Notes: a model not told the origin generated them from the letters alone. A DNA stretch of 64,000 nt from Eledone cirrhosa (GCA_964016885.1 OZ024746.1:248001-312000); one strand, 5' to 3'. Shown: positions 1 to 14,357, numbered from the stretch's first letter. Numbers and translations are program-made.

Positions 1-732
1 TTTCTACTTTTGGCACAAGGCCAGCAATTAACCAGTACATTACTGGTACTTTATTTTATCGACCCCGTAAGGATGAAAGGCAAAGTTAACCTCGGCGGGA
101 TTTGAACTCAGAATGGCAAGGTCGTATTTATAATTAATGCTTTATATTTAGTATGGCTGTAATAATTCGGCGAGATATTTTCAAACGGAGTCAACGAATA
201 AAAAATATTTATTTGCGTGCATTAATTATGAAATGTCCTCAAAATCACTGACGTGACAAATAAATTGGACAGATTAAATGAAGACATCCGTGTGTAAACA
301 AAATGTTGTCGGGTCCCAGATCAGAATTTAGTAGAACCTGGCAAAATATTGACAATATTTGGACGGGATGAACGAAATTAATAAAGAGAAACTACAACTA
401 AAAACTAATGACATCTCACATAAAGAAGACGAATTAATCGTTAATATTAAGGATATATAAACTTGTGTTGCTTTCGTTCTTAGATCTTTAGAAGGAATTT
501 ACCTCGTCAAAATACAACTATACTTATATAATACTTATAGAAATATCTTGTTTCCACATTCAAGCGTGGAAAAATATATTCTGAATAAATACAAATAATT
601 AAAAGAAGGTTAGGAAGCAATTTTATAAGTGTAGTTGTATTGTATTTTGTTTTATTTCTTTTTATAGTTTATATCACAGCTGAGAAGTTAATGAAATTAG
701 CGAGAAGAAAACACTACACCATGCCAACTTAC

Positions 733-902
733 CATTGGAAGAATTTACATTTCCATATATTCTCTGTGAGACAAATATCTCTCATGCGATGGCATGTAAA
801 GGCTAACCGACAGATATCTACATGTGAAACTTTATCACAACAGAGAATTTTCACTAAAATCTCTGTTGGAAGCTGCGGCAGAAGTTTCACTCCGTCTGCC
901 AT
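733..902 (-). CDS. FBXO21: F-box protein (FBXO21-like), first coding exon; gene continues beyond the left edge
   Basis: ATG at 902-900. Translates MADGVKLLPQLPTEILVKILCCDKVSHVDICRLAFTCHRMRDICLTENIWKCKFFQ, an F-box whose ILCC..DI.R...TC.R.R..C...WK..F pattern matches FBXO21 as I recall it. Ends at donor TG|GTAAGT (732-727). Confidence 0.8.
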
Positions 903-2646
903 ATTTTTTTCTTGTTTCAATAAAATTGTAATGCTAGAGTTATCTCCCCGAGTTTACAAGACTCCAGACATAGAGTGTATTAACTCTTGGGTGAGTATTA
1001 AATCTTTCCATGTCAGAATTTACCAATAAATTATATCGACTTACTCTCTGGAGGGTCCCAAATAATAGGGAGGAGGGGGTTGGAATAAGCGGGTATAGGC
1101 AGGAGTGATATAAGATGGAGGTTGGTGGTATAAGTTGGAATAAGTGGAGGGTTGGTGGAATAAGAGGGGTGGGTAGAATAAGCAGGGGTGAATGGAAAAA
1201 GCGGGAGGATGGTGGAATAAGAGGGGTGGGTAGAATAAGCAGGGGTGGGTGGAATAAGCGGAGGAATCAGAAATTTTTCTAGGTTGTCTCGGTTGATTAA
1301 AAAAAAAAATAGAATTAATTATTTAGTTTACATATTGAGAACCATCCTATTTATTTTATAACATATGGGATTTCTAGTAATGTACTTTTTTTGTCATGTA
1401 TAATGTTTTTAATGTCTAAAGAACATTAAGTTATAATTTCGTCGGATATAGAGTAGCAAAATTTAATAAACGGGGGGGTCTGAAAAATTAATAAGTGGGG
1501 TGGCGACATCTTTTCCAGGTCGATAAAAAAAAGTACCAATCTAGTACCAGGGTCGATTCTTCCTCTATATCTCTTTCTCACTTCTATTCTCACTCTTTCT
1601 GTCCTTCTCTGGAAGAAACCTGCTGTATTCAGATCTGGAGAGGAGATGGTCTAGGGACCTCACAAATATAATGCACAAAAATATTAATTCATCACCAAGT
1701 GCGATAATTAGTCACATATCACGCCACAAGGGTCAACGGAAAATCGGTACGGTCGGGTGATGGGAAGGCTAAGGCGCTGAAATAACCAGGCACCCTCACC
1801 AGTTGGCCGTTGCAGCGAGTGTCACTGGACATTGTCTGCGGAAATGCTTTTGTAGATTTGTCCGCGGGGCGCAGTCGAAACACTGCTCCGACCTAAGTGT
1901 ATAGTATGTCGCTCTCTCCCCTTGCCCTTCTCTTGCCTAATAGACCTTTCCCTATAGACCTTGCTCTTTTCCTTTCTTTCTTCTAGTTTATGACATTTAT
2001 AGTCCTTTCCTTTACTTTCCTATACAACCAGATGTGCCCTTCTTTACTCCTTCTTTCCTGTTTTTGATTACTTATATAATTAATTATGAAAACAAAATAA
2101 ATAATTTAAAGTTATTTTGTTTGGACACATTTTTTTTAACATTTAGCAGTCGACAAAGTTTTTGTTTCCGGTTTTAACGGCGTGAAAGTCGGTTGTCTCC
2201 CCTCCTCCACAGATTTTTTTTTTTGTCTTTTAAAATTTCAGGCACCTTCACAACAAACATCCCCTTAACTGTCTCTGGGTGACATTCTTGCCATATTTTA
2301 CTAAATAACTCACCATCTATTTCATTTTAAGAGGAGAACATCAACGAAACCAACTAGTTTAAATCATCAACTTGATAAACATAAACCCCGTTGTATTTGG
2401 TAGTAATTATTTCTAGCTATATATTTAACTAGATATGGTATACATACAAGTTTGTGCGTAGTTATTTGATATATATATTGATTTATTGAGTAAGGTTTTA
2501 TATAATTGGTTTTATATAATTGAGAATTATAGAAGATTAACCTAGATTTGTTATGTATATATTTTCTTCAAAAATGTGTGTTTAGTGCCAATAACTTGTT
2601 AAATATAAAGTCGTGTCAATTAATATACACATATCAACTTATCGTT
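903..2646. promoter_or_regulatory. Divergent (head-to-head) promoter region between the F-box gene and MVK
   Basis: Start codons 1.74 kb apart on opposite strands. CpG-containing patch with ETS-like TTCCGG near 2166. GTTRTCTCCCC motif at 939-949 and 2192-2202. TSSs cannot be determined from sequence. Confidence 0.5.
1043..1500. mobile_element. TA-flanked MITE-like element (Tc1/mariner/pogo-like) with G-rich GGAATAAG subrepeats
   Basis: Left end TACTCT..GGGTCCCAAATAAT matches the reverse complement of ATTATTTGGGACCCAAGAGTA at ~40929-40949. Tandem GGAATAAG(N)GGG units at ~1068-1265. Right boundary uncertain. Confidence 0.45.
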
Positions 2647-2718
2647 ATGAAGTCCATCACTGTATCGGCTCCAGGTAAATTGATTCTTTTCGGCGAGCAT
2701 GCTGTTGTTTACGGAAAG
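2647..2718 (+). CDS. MVK: MVK coding exon 1
   Basis: [24 protein letters not shown]; donor AAG|GTAAGA. Confidence 0.95.
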
Positions 2719-5700
2719 GTAAGAAAATTTCTTTCAATCTTTTTTTTGTAGTATATATATATAGCTCATACTGGTTCTTTTTTTATTATTATCCATTCAA
2801 GGTCGATTAAAAAAAAATACCAGTCAAGTACTAGGGTCGATTCTTCCTCTATATCTCTTTTTCACTGCCTTTCTCTCACTCGCACTATCTTTCTTTGGAT
2901 GAAATCTGCTGTATTGAGACCTGGAGAGGAGATGGGCTCCGCAAGGCTTTAAAAAATGCCCTAGAAACACCAAATGTCAACACGACACCCTTACAACTGC
3001 CCCGGGAGTTACGAGACTATACATACATCTCATACATTAGGCGGCGAATTGAGTCGTTAGAACGTCCGATAGAATGCTTTGTACTGGCTCTCTGCTTTCA
3101 AATCCCACCAAGGTCGAAAGAACTACCAGTCAAGTACTGGGTCGATTCTTCCTGTTTATCTCTTCCATTCTCTCACTCTCTCTATCCTTCTCTAGAAGAA
3201 ATCAGTTGTGTTCAGACCTGGAGAGATGGGTTCTGCCAGGTTTAAAAATATCCCAGAAACGTCGTATGTTAATACCGTGCCCCTACGACACCATCGGGTG
3301 TTAAGGGTTCATACATACATTGACAGGTACAACTGGAATCATGAAAGGAGACAAAAAGATGTGTGACCGAAAAATGCCTTTTTTTTTACTGTTTTGTCTG
3401 AGATGTTTGGGGCGGTGTCCACGACCCTTTTTAGAACCTTTTAAACTCTAGCAACCAAGTAGGGCTCAATGGAACAAATACCGCAAGGCACCTCAGCCGA
3501 CGCCCTAACAACACCAGTCTACCAACCTGGACTAATATTTTAATTTATCGATCCTGAAAGGATGAAAGACAAATTAAAAAATTTATTTTTCCCGACACTT
3601 CGGATTTCAACCTTATTTAATCAGTAAACAATTTATATAATGAATTTGATTTACAAAAGAGACAAACCAAAAGAAATTAATCAAAGAAAAAAGTGTTGCG
3701 ATGGGGAAGACATCCATACTGTGGGGGTCTACAGCTAGATAGTTGTGAGAAGCATAAGTTGGTGTAGTAATAGCACTGAAGGAAATAGCACGTCTGTAGG
3801 CCATGGGTTGTAGAATATTAGAGAGTAAATCTTTAACAATCTGGGATATTTCTATACGTGTGTGTGTGTGTAGGACAGAAAAATGCTGTCGTATGTAGCT
3901 AGCCATTAGGGCGGTGGATTGGCAGCATCGGTAGAGCGTCGAACATGCCAGCAGCATATAGTTACGTCCCTTTACGTTCTGAGTTCAAATCTGCTGAGAT
4001 TAGCTTTGCCTTTCATCCCTATGGGGTTGATAAAATAAAGTACCAGTAAGGCACTGCGGTTGATTTAATCGACTTTCTTCTCCCCACCAAATTGTTGGTC
4101 TTGTGCTTAAATCAGAAACCATATGTGGCTAGCCTTTCAATTGAAATCACTGATATACCATCAGAGATTATAAGGCCCAGTATTTGGAGCAATAAGTGTA
4201 GTTTATATGTAGCAATGTATGTACAGTGTAAGACTGTTACTTAGATATAGTAACAGGGTTTCAGTATGTTGTAAGTGTAGTTTATATGTAGCAGTGTATG
4301 TACAGTGTAAGGCTGTTACTTAGATATAGTAACAGGGTTTCAGTATGTTGTAAGTGTAGTTTATATGTAGCAGTGTATGTACAGTGTAAGACTGTTACTT
4401 AGATATAGTAACAGGGTTTCAGTATGTTGTAAGTGTAGTTTATATGTAGCAGTGTATGTACAGTGTAAGACTGTTACTTAGATATAGTAACAGGGTTTCA
4501 GTATGTTGTAAGTGTAGTTTATATGTAGCAGTGTATGTATGTGTATTTTTATGAAGATTTTAATAGAAATATTTTAATGTTTTATAAAAAAATAAATTAT
4601 TAATATCATTGGTTATTTTTTTCTTTCTTTCAATACAAACACGTTAGATGGCTATTTCCACTAGTTTAAATATGAGGTCATTTGTTCGACTGACCCCGAC
4701 AGATATAGATACTATGGAGGTTTCTATAGCTGCACTGGAAGTAAATAAAACCTGGTCACTTAAAGATCTGAAGACATTGTCGGAAGAATTCACAGGTACA
4801 GTAAAACCTTATTCCTAATTCAATCCCAACTTGAAACAAAAAAGGACATTTTTATTTTAACCCATGCCAGCATGGAAAAATGGATGTAAAACGGCGATGG
4901 TATTGGTGATGATGGTGGTGGTTGTGATGATGGTGATAGTGATGGTGGGGATAGTGATGGTGGTGGTTGTGATAATGGTGATAGTGATGATGGGGATAGT
5001 GATGGTGGTGGTTGTGATGATGGTGATAGTGATGGTAGTGGTTGTGATGATGGTGATAGTGATGGTAGTGGTTGTGATGGTGGTGGTTGTGATGATGGTG
5101 ATAGTGATGGTAGTGGTTGTGATGATGGTGATAGTGATGGTGGTGGTTGTGATGATGGTGATAGTGATGGTAGTGGTTGTGATGGTGGTGGTTGTGATGA
5201 TGGTGATAGTGATGGTAGTGGTTGTGATGATGGTGATAGTGATGGTGGTGGTTGTGATGATGGTGATAGTGATGGTGGTGGTTGTGATGATGGTGATAGT
5301 GATGGTAGTGGTTGTGATGATGGTGGTTGTGATGGTGGTAGTTGTGATGATGGTGATAGTGATGGTGGTGGTTGTGATGATGGTGATAGTGATGATGATG
5401 GTGGTTGTATGAATATAATTTATAAAAATGAAATTAATAAAAATATAGGTTATGATTTACAAAACATATAACATCCACTACATATGACATCCACTACATA
5501 TGACATACACTACATATGTCATACACTACATATTACATACACTACATATGGCATGTACTGCATATGACATACATTAAATATGACATACACTACATATGAC
5601 ATACAGTACATATGACATATACTACATATGACATATTCTACATATGACATACACTACATATGACATATACTACATATGACATTACATATGACATACACTA

Positions 5701-8700
5701 TATATGACATCCACTACATATGACATACACTACATATGACATGTACTGCATGACATACATTAAATATGACATACACTACATATGACATACAGTACATATG
5801 ACATATACTACATATGACATACTACATATGACATACACTACATATGACATATTCTACATATGACATACATTAAATATGACATACACTACATATGACATAC
5901 TACATATGACATACACTACATATGACATACAGTACATATGACATATACTACATATGGCATATACTACATATGGCATATACTACATATGGCATATACTACA
6001 TATGGCATATACTACATATGGCATATACTACATATGACATATACTACATATGACATATACTACATATGGCATACACTACATATGACATATACTACATATG
6101 AGATACACTACATATGACATATACTACATATGACATGTACTACATATGACATATACTACATATGTCATGTACTACATATGACATATACTACATATGACAT
6201 GTACTACATATGACATATACTACATATGTCATGTACTACATATGACATACACTACATATGACATACTACATATGACATATACTACATATGACATATACTA
6301 CATATGACACACTACATATGACATATACTACATATGACATGTACTACATATGACATACACTACATATGACATACACTACATATGGCATAAACTACATATG
6401 ACATGTACTACATATGACATATACTACATATGACATATACTAAATATGAGATGTACTACATATGACATGTACTACATAGGACATACACTACATATGACAT
6501 GTACTACATATAACATATACTACATATGACATACACTACATGTGACATATTCTACATATGACATACACTACATATGACATATACTACATATGACATACAC
6601 TACATATGACATACACTACATATGACATGTACTACATATGACACAACATATGACATGTACTACATATGACATACACTACATATGACCTATACTAAACATG
6701 ACATGTACTACATATGACATGTACTACATATGACATGTACTACATATGACATACACTACATATGACATACTAAATATTAGATGTACTACATATGGCATAC
6801 ACTACATATAACATGTACTACATGTGACATATTCTACATATGACATACACTAAATATGACATACTACATATGACAGACACTACATATGACATACATTACA
6901 TATGGCATATACTACATGTGATACACTACATATGACATATACTACATATGACATATACTACATATGACATGTACTACATATGACATTTACTACATATGAC
7001 ATGTACTACACATGACATACACTACATATGACTGGTACTACACATGACATACTACAATGACATACAATACATATGATATACACTACATATGGCATATAAT
7101 ACATATGACACTACATATGACATACACTACATATGACATATACTACATATGACATACACTACATATGACACACTACATATGACATATACTACATATGACA
7201 CACTACATATGACATACACTACATATGACATATACTACATGACATACGCTACATATGACATACACTACATATGACATATACTACATATGACATATACTAC
7301 ATATGACATGTACTACATATGACACTATATATGACATATACTACATATGACATATACTACATATGACATACTACATATGACATATACTACATATGACATA
7401 TACTACATATGACATACACTACATATGACATATACTACATATGACATACTACATATGGCATATACTGCATATGACATGTACTACATAACATATGACATAT
7501 ACTACATATGACATATACTACATATGACATATACTACATATGACGTGTACTACATATGACATATACTACATATGACATCTACTACATATGACATCTACTA
7601 CATATGACATGTACTACATTTGACATATACTACATATGACATATACTATATATGACATACACTACATATGATATATACTGCATCATCATCATCATCATCA
7701 TCATCATCACCGTTTTACGTCCGTTCTTCCACGCTAGCATGGGTTAGACGGGTTGTCCTGTTGTGGGCAGTGTCTGGTCGGCTGACCATGCCTTGCTCAT
7801 ACGAGAACTGATTTGGCTTGATTTCTACAGCTGGATGCCCTTCCTAACACCAACCTCATTTACAGTGAGTGCTGGGTGCTTTTTCGTGGCGCCTACACTG
7901 CATACGACATACTATATAAGACATACACTACATATGACATATACTACATATGATAGATACTACATATGACATGTACTACATATGACATGTACTACATATG
8001 ACATATACTACATATGACATGACATACACTACATATGACATACACTACACATGATATATACTACATATGACATACACTACATATGACATACTACATATGA
8101 CATACTACATATGACATACACTACATATGACATACTACATATGACATGTACTACTTATGACATATACTATGACATACACTACATGACATATACTACATAT
8201 GACATGTACTACATATGACATATACTACATATGACATGTACTACACATGACATAATACATATGACATATACTACATATGACATGTACTACATATGACATA
8301 CACTATATGACATGTACTACATATGACATGTACTACATATGACATACACTACATATGACATATACTACATATGACATATATTACATATGACATATACTAC
8401 ATATGACATATACTGCATATGATATATACTAGAAATATGGTAATGAAAGGGTTAATGACATTGACATCAACAACATCACCATTTAAAGTCTATTTTCTGT
8501 GTTAGACAGCTTGGCATGTTATGGTACTTGACAGGTTACCAATTCTTGCTTATACAACATGCTTTTACCTTGGTTTTCTACAGCTGGATGTCCTACCTAA
8601 TCACAACCACATTTTAGCATGGTAGGTTGGGTGCTTTTTATTGTGGCACTAGTACTATCACCTTACAGGGTGTACTGGTTGATTTTAGTCATTTCTGTAT

Positions 8701-11700
8701 CATTATCATCATCAACATTATCATCGTTTTTACATCTATTTTTCTACGCTCACATGGATTAGAAAGGTTTTTTCAGCATAACATCTCTCCATGCATCATG
8801 TTTTTTTTTCATCTTTGTGAATTTCAGCAATTTGAGATCAGCTCTCACTACCTCTGCCCAGGTCTTCCTTTGTCTACCTTTACTGCACCTTCCTTCCACT
8901 GGGATTTTACGGCACTTCTTCACCCAGCGATCAACGTCCATGTGCATCACATACCTGTACCAATACAGTCTTCTCTCTTGCACACCATTTCAGATTCCTC
9001 TTAAACCCAGTTTCTCCCTCAGTTCATCCAAGCTCTGCCTTTCTCTCACATATATTTCTACCGATATTTGTTTGTCAAATATTTTCAAGTTCATTTTGTC
9101 TTGTTTGTTTTCTTCTGATTTAGTCACTGAATTATCCCAAAAACCAACAGCAGCCGTTTTAAAGAAGTTAAGATCATTCCTGAATATTTCCTCAGAATCA
9201 TCGACCACCAGTGAACTGTCTGTGGTCTTATTTCTCTATCTATATTTAGCAATTTGTGTAAACAGTTCACAAAAGTAAGTTTTTATTTGCTTTTCGATAT
9301 TTTATTAATATTTAGTATTTATATATATTTCTCACGACCAAAAGCACCCAGTCCACACTGTAAAGTGGTCATATAGGTATCATTACAAAAAGCACCCAGT
9401 CCACACTGTAAAGTGGTCATATAGGTGTCATGACAAAAAGCACCCAGTTCACACTGTAAATGTGATTGGCATTAGGAAGTGCATCCAGCCATAGAAACTA
9501 AACCAAAATCAGTTCTGTATGAACAAGACAGTCATAAAACCTAGCTTGTCTCGTACTAGGACAATCGTCTAACCCATGCTAGTTAGGAAAAATGGATGTT
9601 AAATGGTAATTATGATGATGATTTATAAATTCTTTTTACCAACTTTGCCTAAACTAGCTATGGTTCTATACCCCCCACCCTCCACCCACACACACTTTTT
9701 TAAGGTTTCCAATTTAAATTACAATCTTCCAACATAATTTTGTATAAGAACCATATATTAAGTTACTATCTTAGTAATGAAACAATTAAAAATTCTATTA
9801 ATTTCTTCATTAATTAATTTAAAAAGAATGTATTTCATTAGAAATATGGTCAGAAAAGGGTCAACTGTTTTCATATCAACCTGGTCAAAACCAGCTTCAG
9901 TCATTGGGTTGCTTCCATGCTGGGGCATTACCTTTAAGGAATTTAGTCGATCATATTGACCCCATTACTTAACTTTTAAAAGTTAGGTACTTTTTTTTAT
10001 CTCTATTTCTTGAATTACTAAGTTTCAAGACATAATCACAGACACACACATACACATATAGTGGGCTTCTGCTCAGTTTCTGTATTCCAAATTCCACTCA
10101 CAAGGCATTTCTCAACCAGAGGCTATAGTAGAAGACACTTGCTTAAGGTGCCATGAAAAGAATTCAATTTTCAGATCACATCTATGCTGGCTTGGATGTA
10201 TCTCATGGAAAGTTTCTCAGGTGTTTTAATGATAGGGACTCAGTCTTCTCATGTTGTTACAACTTATACTTATGTAGGTTTAGCTAGCTTCTCACAAGGC
10301 TATATCTTATGGGAGTTTCTCAGGTGTTTTAATGATAGGGACTCAGTCCTCTCTTGAAAAGCAACATGAAAGGAAATGTCTTGCTCAAGAACCAACACAA
10401 CCTTAAGATCATGACTTCAATACCCTAAACAGACACCAACCTTCAAGCCACGATGCCATGTAGTGGGACTGAACCTAAAATAAAGGGTTGTCAATTGAAC
10501 TCCTTAACCACACAGCCTTATCTCATCACCTCTGCTCATGTGTTTCTTGGTCTTCTTCTATTGCAGCTTCCTCATCAATCATCCTCCATACATATCATAT
10601 GTCTATATCAACACAGTCTATCATGTACATTACATTTGATTCCTCTTATACCCAGTTTTTCTCTCAGTTTATCCATACTTTGTAATTCAAGCACATTAAC
10701 ATCACACATGCATCAAATTAATAGTAACTGTTTATTCCAAAGTTTTGTCGAAGCCACCAGATTTTCAGAACATTACCTTCAATATATTCTAGTTAAGTTT
10801 CCCCTATCAAAAATAAAAAGCATCCTGTTCACCCTGTAAAGTGGTTATGTTGGTGTCACAGCAAAAAGCACCCCATCCACCCCATAAGGGGGTCATGCTG
10901 GTGACACAATGAAAAAGAAGTACCCAGTCCAACCTGTCGTTTTGGTGTCATGATAAAAGGTAGCCAGTCCATGCTGCAACTGTTGGCATTAGGTTGGACA
11001 TTCAGCCAGAGAAACCAAGTTCTGTATGAGCAAGATATGATCACCTGACTTGTCTCACAACATGACAACTCTTCTAACCCATGGCAAAGTGGATGTTAAA
11101 CAGTGATGATGATGATTATCATTAATGTTTCAGGGAATTTCCATCACTACAAATTGCTGTAATATCTGAACTTCCAATTGGTGCTGGTCTCGGATCTTCT
11201 GCCTGTATTGCCGTCTGTTTATCTGCTGCCCTCCTACATCATCAACACATGATCACAAACATTCACAAAAACACAACAAACCATCAATGGAATCTGGAAG
11301 ATCTGAAGAAAATTGATGCTTGGGCTTTTAGAAGTGAGTGTATAATCCATGGGACCCCATCTGGAATAGATAACACGATCTGTACTTTTGGTAAGTTTCA
11401 TTTATAACGATTCTTTTAACCCTTTCATTACCATATTTCTAATGAAAGACTACCTATGTTATTAACCCTTTCATTACCATATTTCTAATGAAAAATACTG
11501 TCTATGTGTTTTAAATGATTTTGAAAATAATCAAAACTCATCTAAGATAGTAATTTAATGTAATTGTTCTTATATAAGATTATGTTGGAAGATTTTAATT
11601 TAAATTGGAAACCTTTAAAATAGATGATTTTACTTCATAGAACCAGAGCTGGTTTTGGCTGGGTTGATAATTAACGGGTTAAAATAAGCAGTTTTGGGTC

Positions 11701-14357
11701 ATAAACCAAGGGGTGGTTTTAGTTAGCTTGCTATTGAAAAGGTTAATTGGTTAGGTAAGAAATTGGTAGACATTAAAGTATTGTATGAAATATTTCAGTC
11801 TTTGTTCTAACTATCATCAGGTTTGATTTCATGGAGAGAGAGAGATGGGAGAGATAGAGAGAGAGAGAGTCTGTGTGTGTAAATTAAATTTGTGTAAAAT
11901 AACATCCATATCTAATCAGGATGGATTATGAATATTTTGTATTTGTTAATTAATGAAGCCTAATTAATTATTTTTAATTAGGTGGAGCAGTAACGTTTGA
12001 AAATGGTAAAATACAACCTTTACAGAGGTGAGTGTTTTAGTAAAAGTTATATAAATTTACTAATATTCTAACGCTGAATAATTATATGTTACTAAACAGT
12101 TTAACAGAAATTTGCTAGTAAGGGCATGTAGCTGTAGAACATCTAAACAAAGAGCCGGGAGAACTCTTCAGCTATGTCAAAAACGTGAGAACTTCTCTAG
12201 TTCTGGCAGGTGCCACAATAAACTGCACTTGCTAGAATGTGGGAACATTTTACTAAGGTTCAGTAAGTAAGGTGGAAAAACTATATTAAGTTCGAAATGC
12301 ATCAACAGTTATCCCTCTTGCTTCTGCTGGACACTGCTGGTTTATATTCTGAATGCGCCGAAGTAGGCAAGTATAGGTGCCATCAAGGTGCTTTTGTTTG
12401 GATGAAAGCGTCCATGCTTCACTTCCATATAGCAAGATTGGTTGAATTGTTACTTAGAAGAGTTTGATTTTGGTGTAATTGGAAAGATTTGAGTGCCAAA
12501 CTTGAGCCATCTTGTTGCAAGCTGACCTTGCTTGCTCATTTCTGTTGGCAAAATCCTTCCCAGAGTCCAAGATACTTAAAAGCCTCGACTTTCTTGATAT
12601 CACTGCCGTTGACTGCTTTGATGTTGACTGTTTTACCCTTATTGAGATGAAAGCCAACGAGAGCAGCTGCTTCCTGGAGAGATGTCAAAAGTTGCTACGC
12701 ATTTTCTAGGCAATCTGCAAGAAGTGCAATGTCATCGGTAAAGTCTAGGTCAATGAGGTGTTCCTAGAGCTCATGTGGGGTTTGATGGTTATACCTTTGT
12801 TATTGATTTTGTAAACGGTGATGATGATGATGATATATATATATGTCTGTAGGTGCGTGGCTTAGTGTTAAGCGTGTTGGATCGTAATGTCAGGGGTTCG
12901 ATTCCTGGCCTGTGTGTGTGTTCTTGAGCAAAACATTTGATTTCACGTTGCTCCAGTATACTCAGCTGAAAATCAGTACCAGCAATGGCTGAGGGTTTAA
13001 CTCTGCAATGGACTGGCATCCTGTCCAGGGGAAGTCTTGTACTCTCAGTCGCTTCATGCCACAAAACTAGGATAAGCACTGGCCTGATGAGCCTCTTGGC
13101 TTAAGACAGACTTTAGACTTGGATTTTTTAGAAATTTGTGAGCGTGTGGTCATGTTTACATTTACTATTTCTTTATGTCCCAAAACGTAGCAGTTTCAAG
13201 TGATTATTATTATACTCCGTACACAGGGCTTAGCCTGGCAGTATTGGTAGAGCATATAGTTATGGCCCTTTATGTTCTGAGTTCAAATCCCGCTGAAGTT
13301 AGCTTTGCCTTTCTTCCTTATAGGGCTGATAAAATAAAGTACCAGTAACACACTGGTATCGATTTAATCCACTTCCCCCTCCCCCAAAATTACTGGCCTT
13401 GTGCCTAAATCAGAAACCATTATTATTATTATTATACCTACACAGGGCTTGGATTAGCATTATTAATGGAGCGTTGAACAAAATACTTTGCAGCGCATAG
13501 TTACAGTAGTAACTATATTAAAATCCTGCTGGGGTCAACTTTGTCTGTCACCCCTCCAAGATAAAGTACCAATCAATTACTGAGGTTGATTTAATTGACT
13601 TTCCCCATCCCCTCAAGTCACTGACCTTGTGCCAAATCTACAAACAATTATTGTACATCCGTACACTGTAAAGTGATTGGTGTTAGGAAGGGTATCCAAC
13701 CGTAGAACACTTGCCAAATAAGGGTTTAAGAGGACCCTTCAGTTTGTGTCAAAGACACAACTTCTCTGCTCTTGATAAAATTTATGACTGCATATAAGCG
13801 ATATGCAAACCCCTCGGCCTGTGTGGAAGATAAGTAGCCACCACTTCAGTACTGACTTGGTCTACGTAGACCCAGCCAACCCTTGCTAACAGGAAAAGCC
13901 GACATTAAATGAGTACAATGATGACGATGGTGATGGTAACAGACATTTTTATTAATATTTCTCTTGTAATTTTAACAGAAACTTTAAGCTGAATGTTTTA
14001 ATAATTGACACTAAAGTACAGAGAAGCACTAGAAAGTTAGTAGAAGGAGTGAAACAAAAACTGTCAAAAGTAAGTAAAATAAAACCTTTAGAAAAATTAT
14101 TTTCCAACATGGAGTAGTGGATTCTTGAATAAATAGTGTGAATGTTTCACAGAATTTTAATGACATAATCTAACTGAAATTTATCAAACTGTTTTGTACA
14201 TTTAGACTTTGTCATGTAGTTAAAGAATCTAGTCTTTCTCATAGTATATATATATATGTATATATATGTATATATATATATGATATGTATATATATGTTG
14301 TATATATGTATATATATATATATATATGATATGTATATATATATATATATATATATG

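Noticed and set aside
640-1029. 129-aa + strand ORF
   Set aside because: Antisense shadow of the F-box exon; non-ATG start; no motif.
4864-5412. 182-aa Val/Met hydrophobic ORF
   Set aside because: Triplet-derived repeat in an MVK intron.
12852-12912. Possible tRNA gene
   Set aside because: A and B boxes are present but there is no full cloverleaf, and it continues into a SINE body.
13083-13112. Hammerhead-like CTGATGAGCC..GGC in a SINE tail
   Set aside because: No GAAA core or stem III/cleavage triplet follows.
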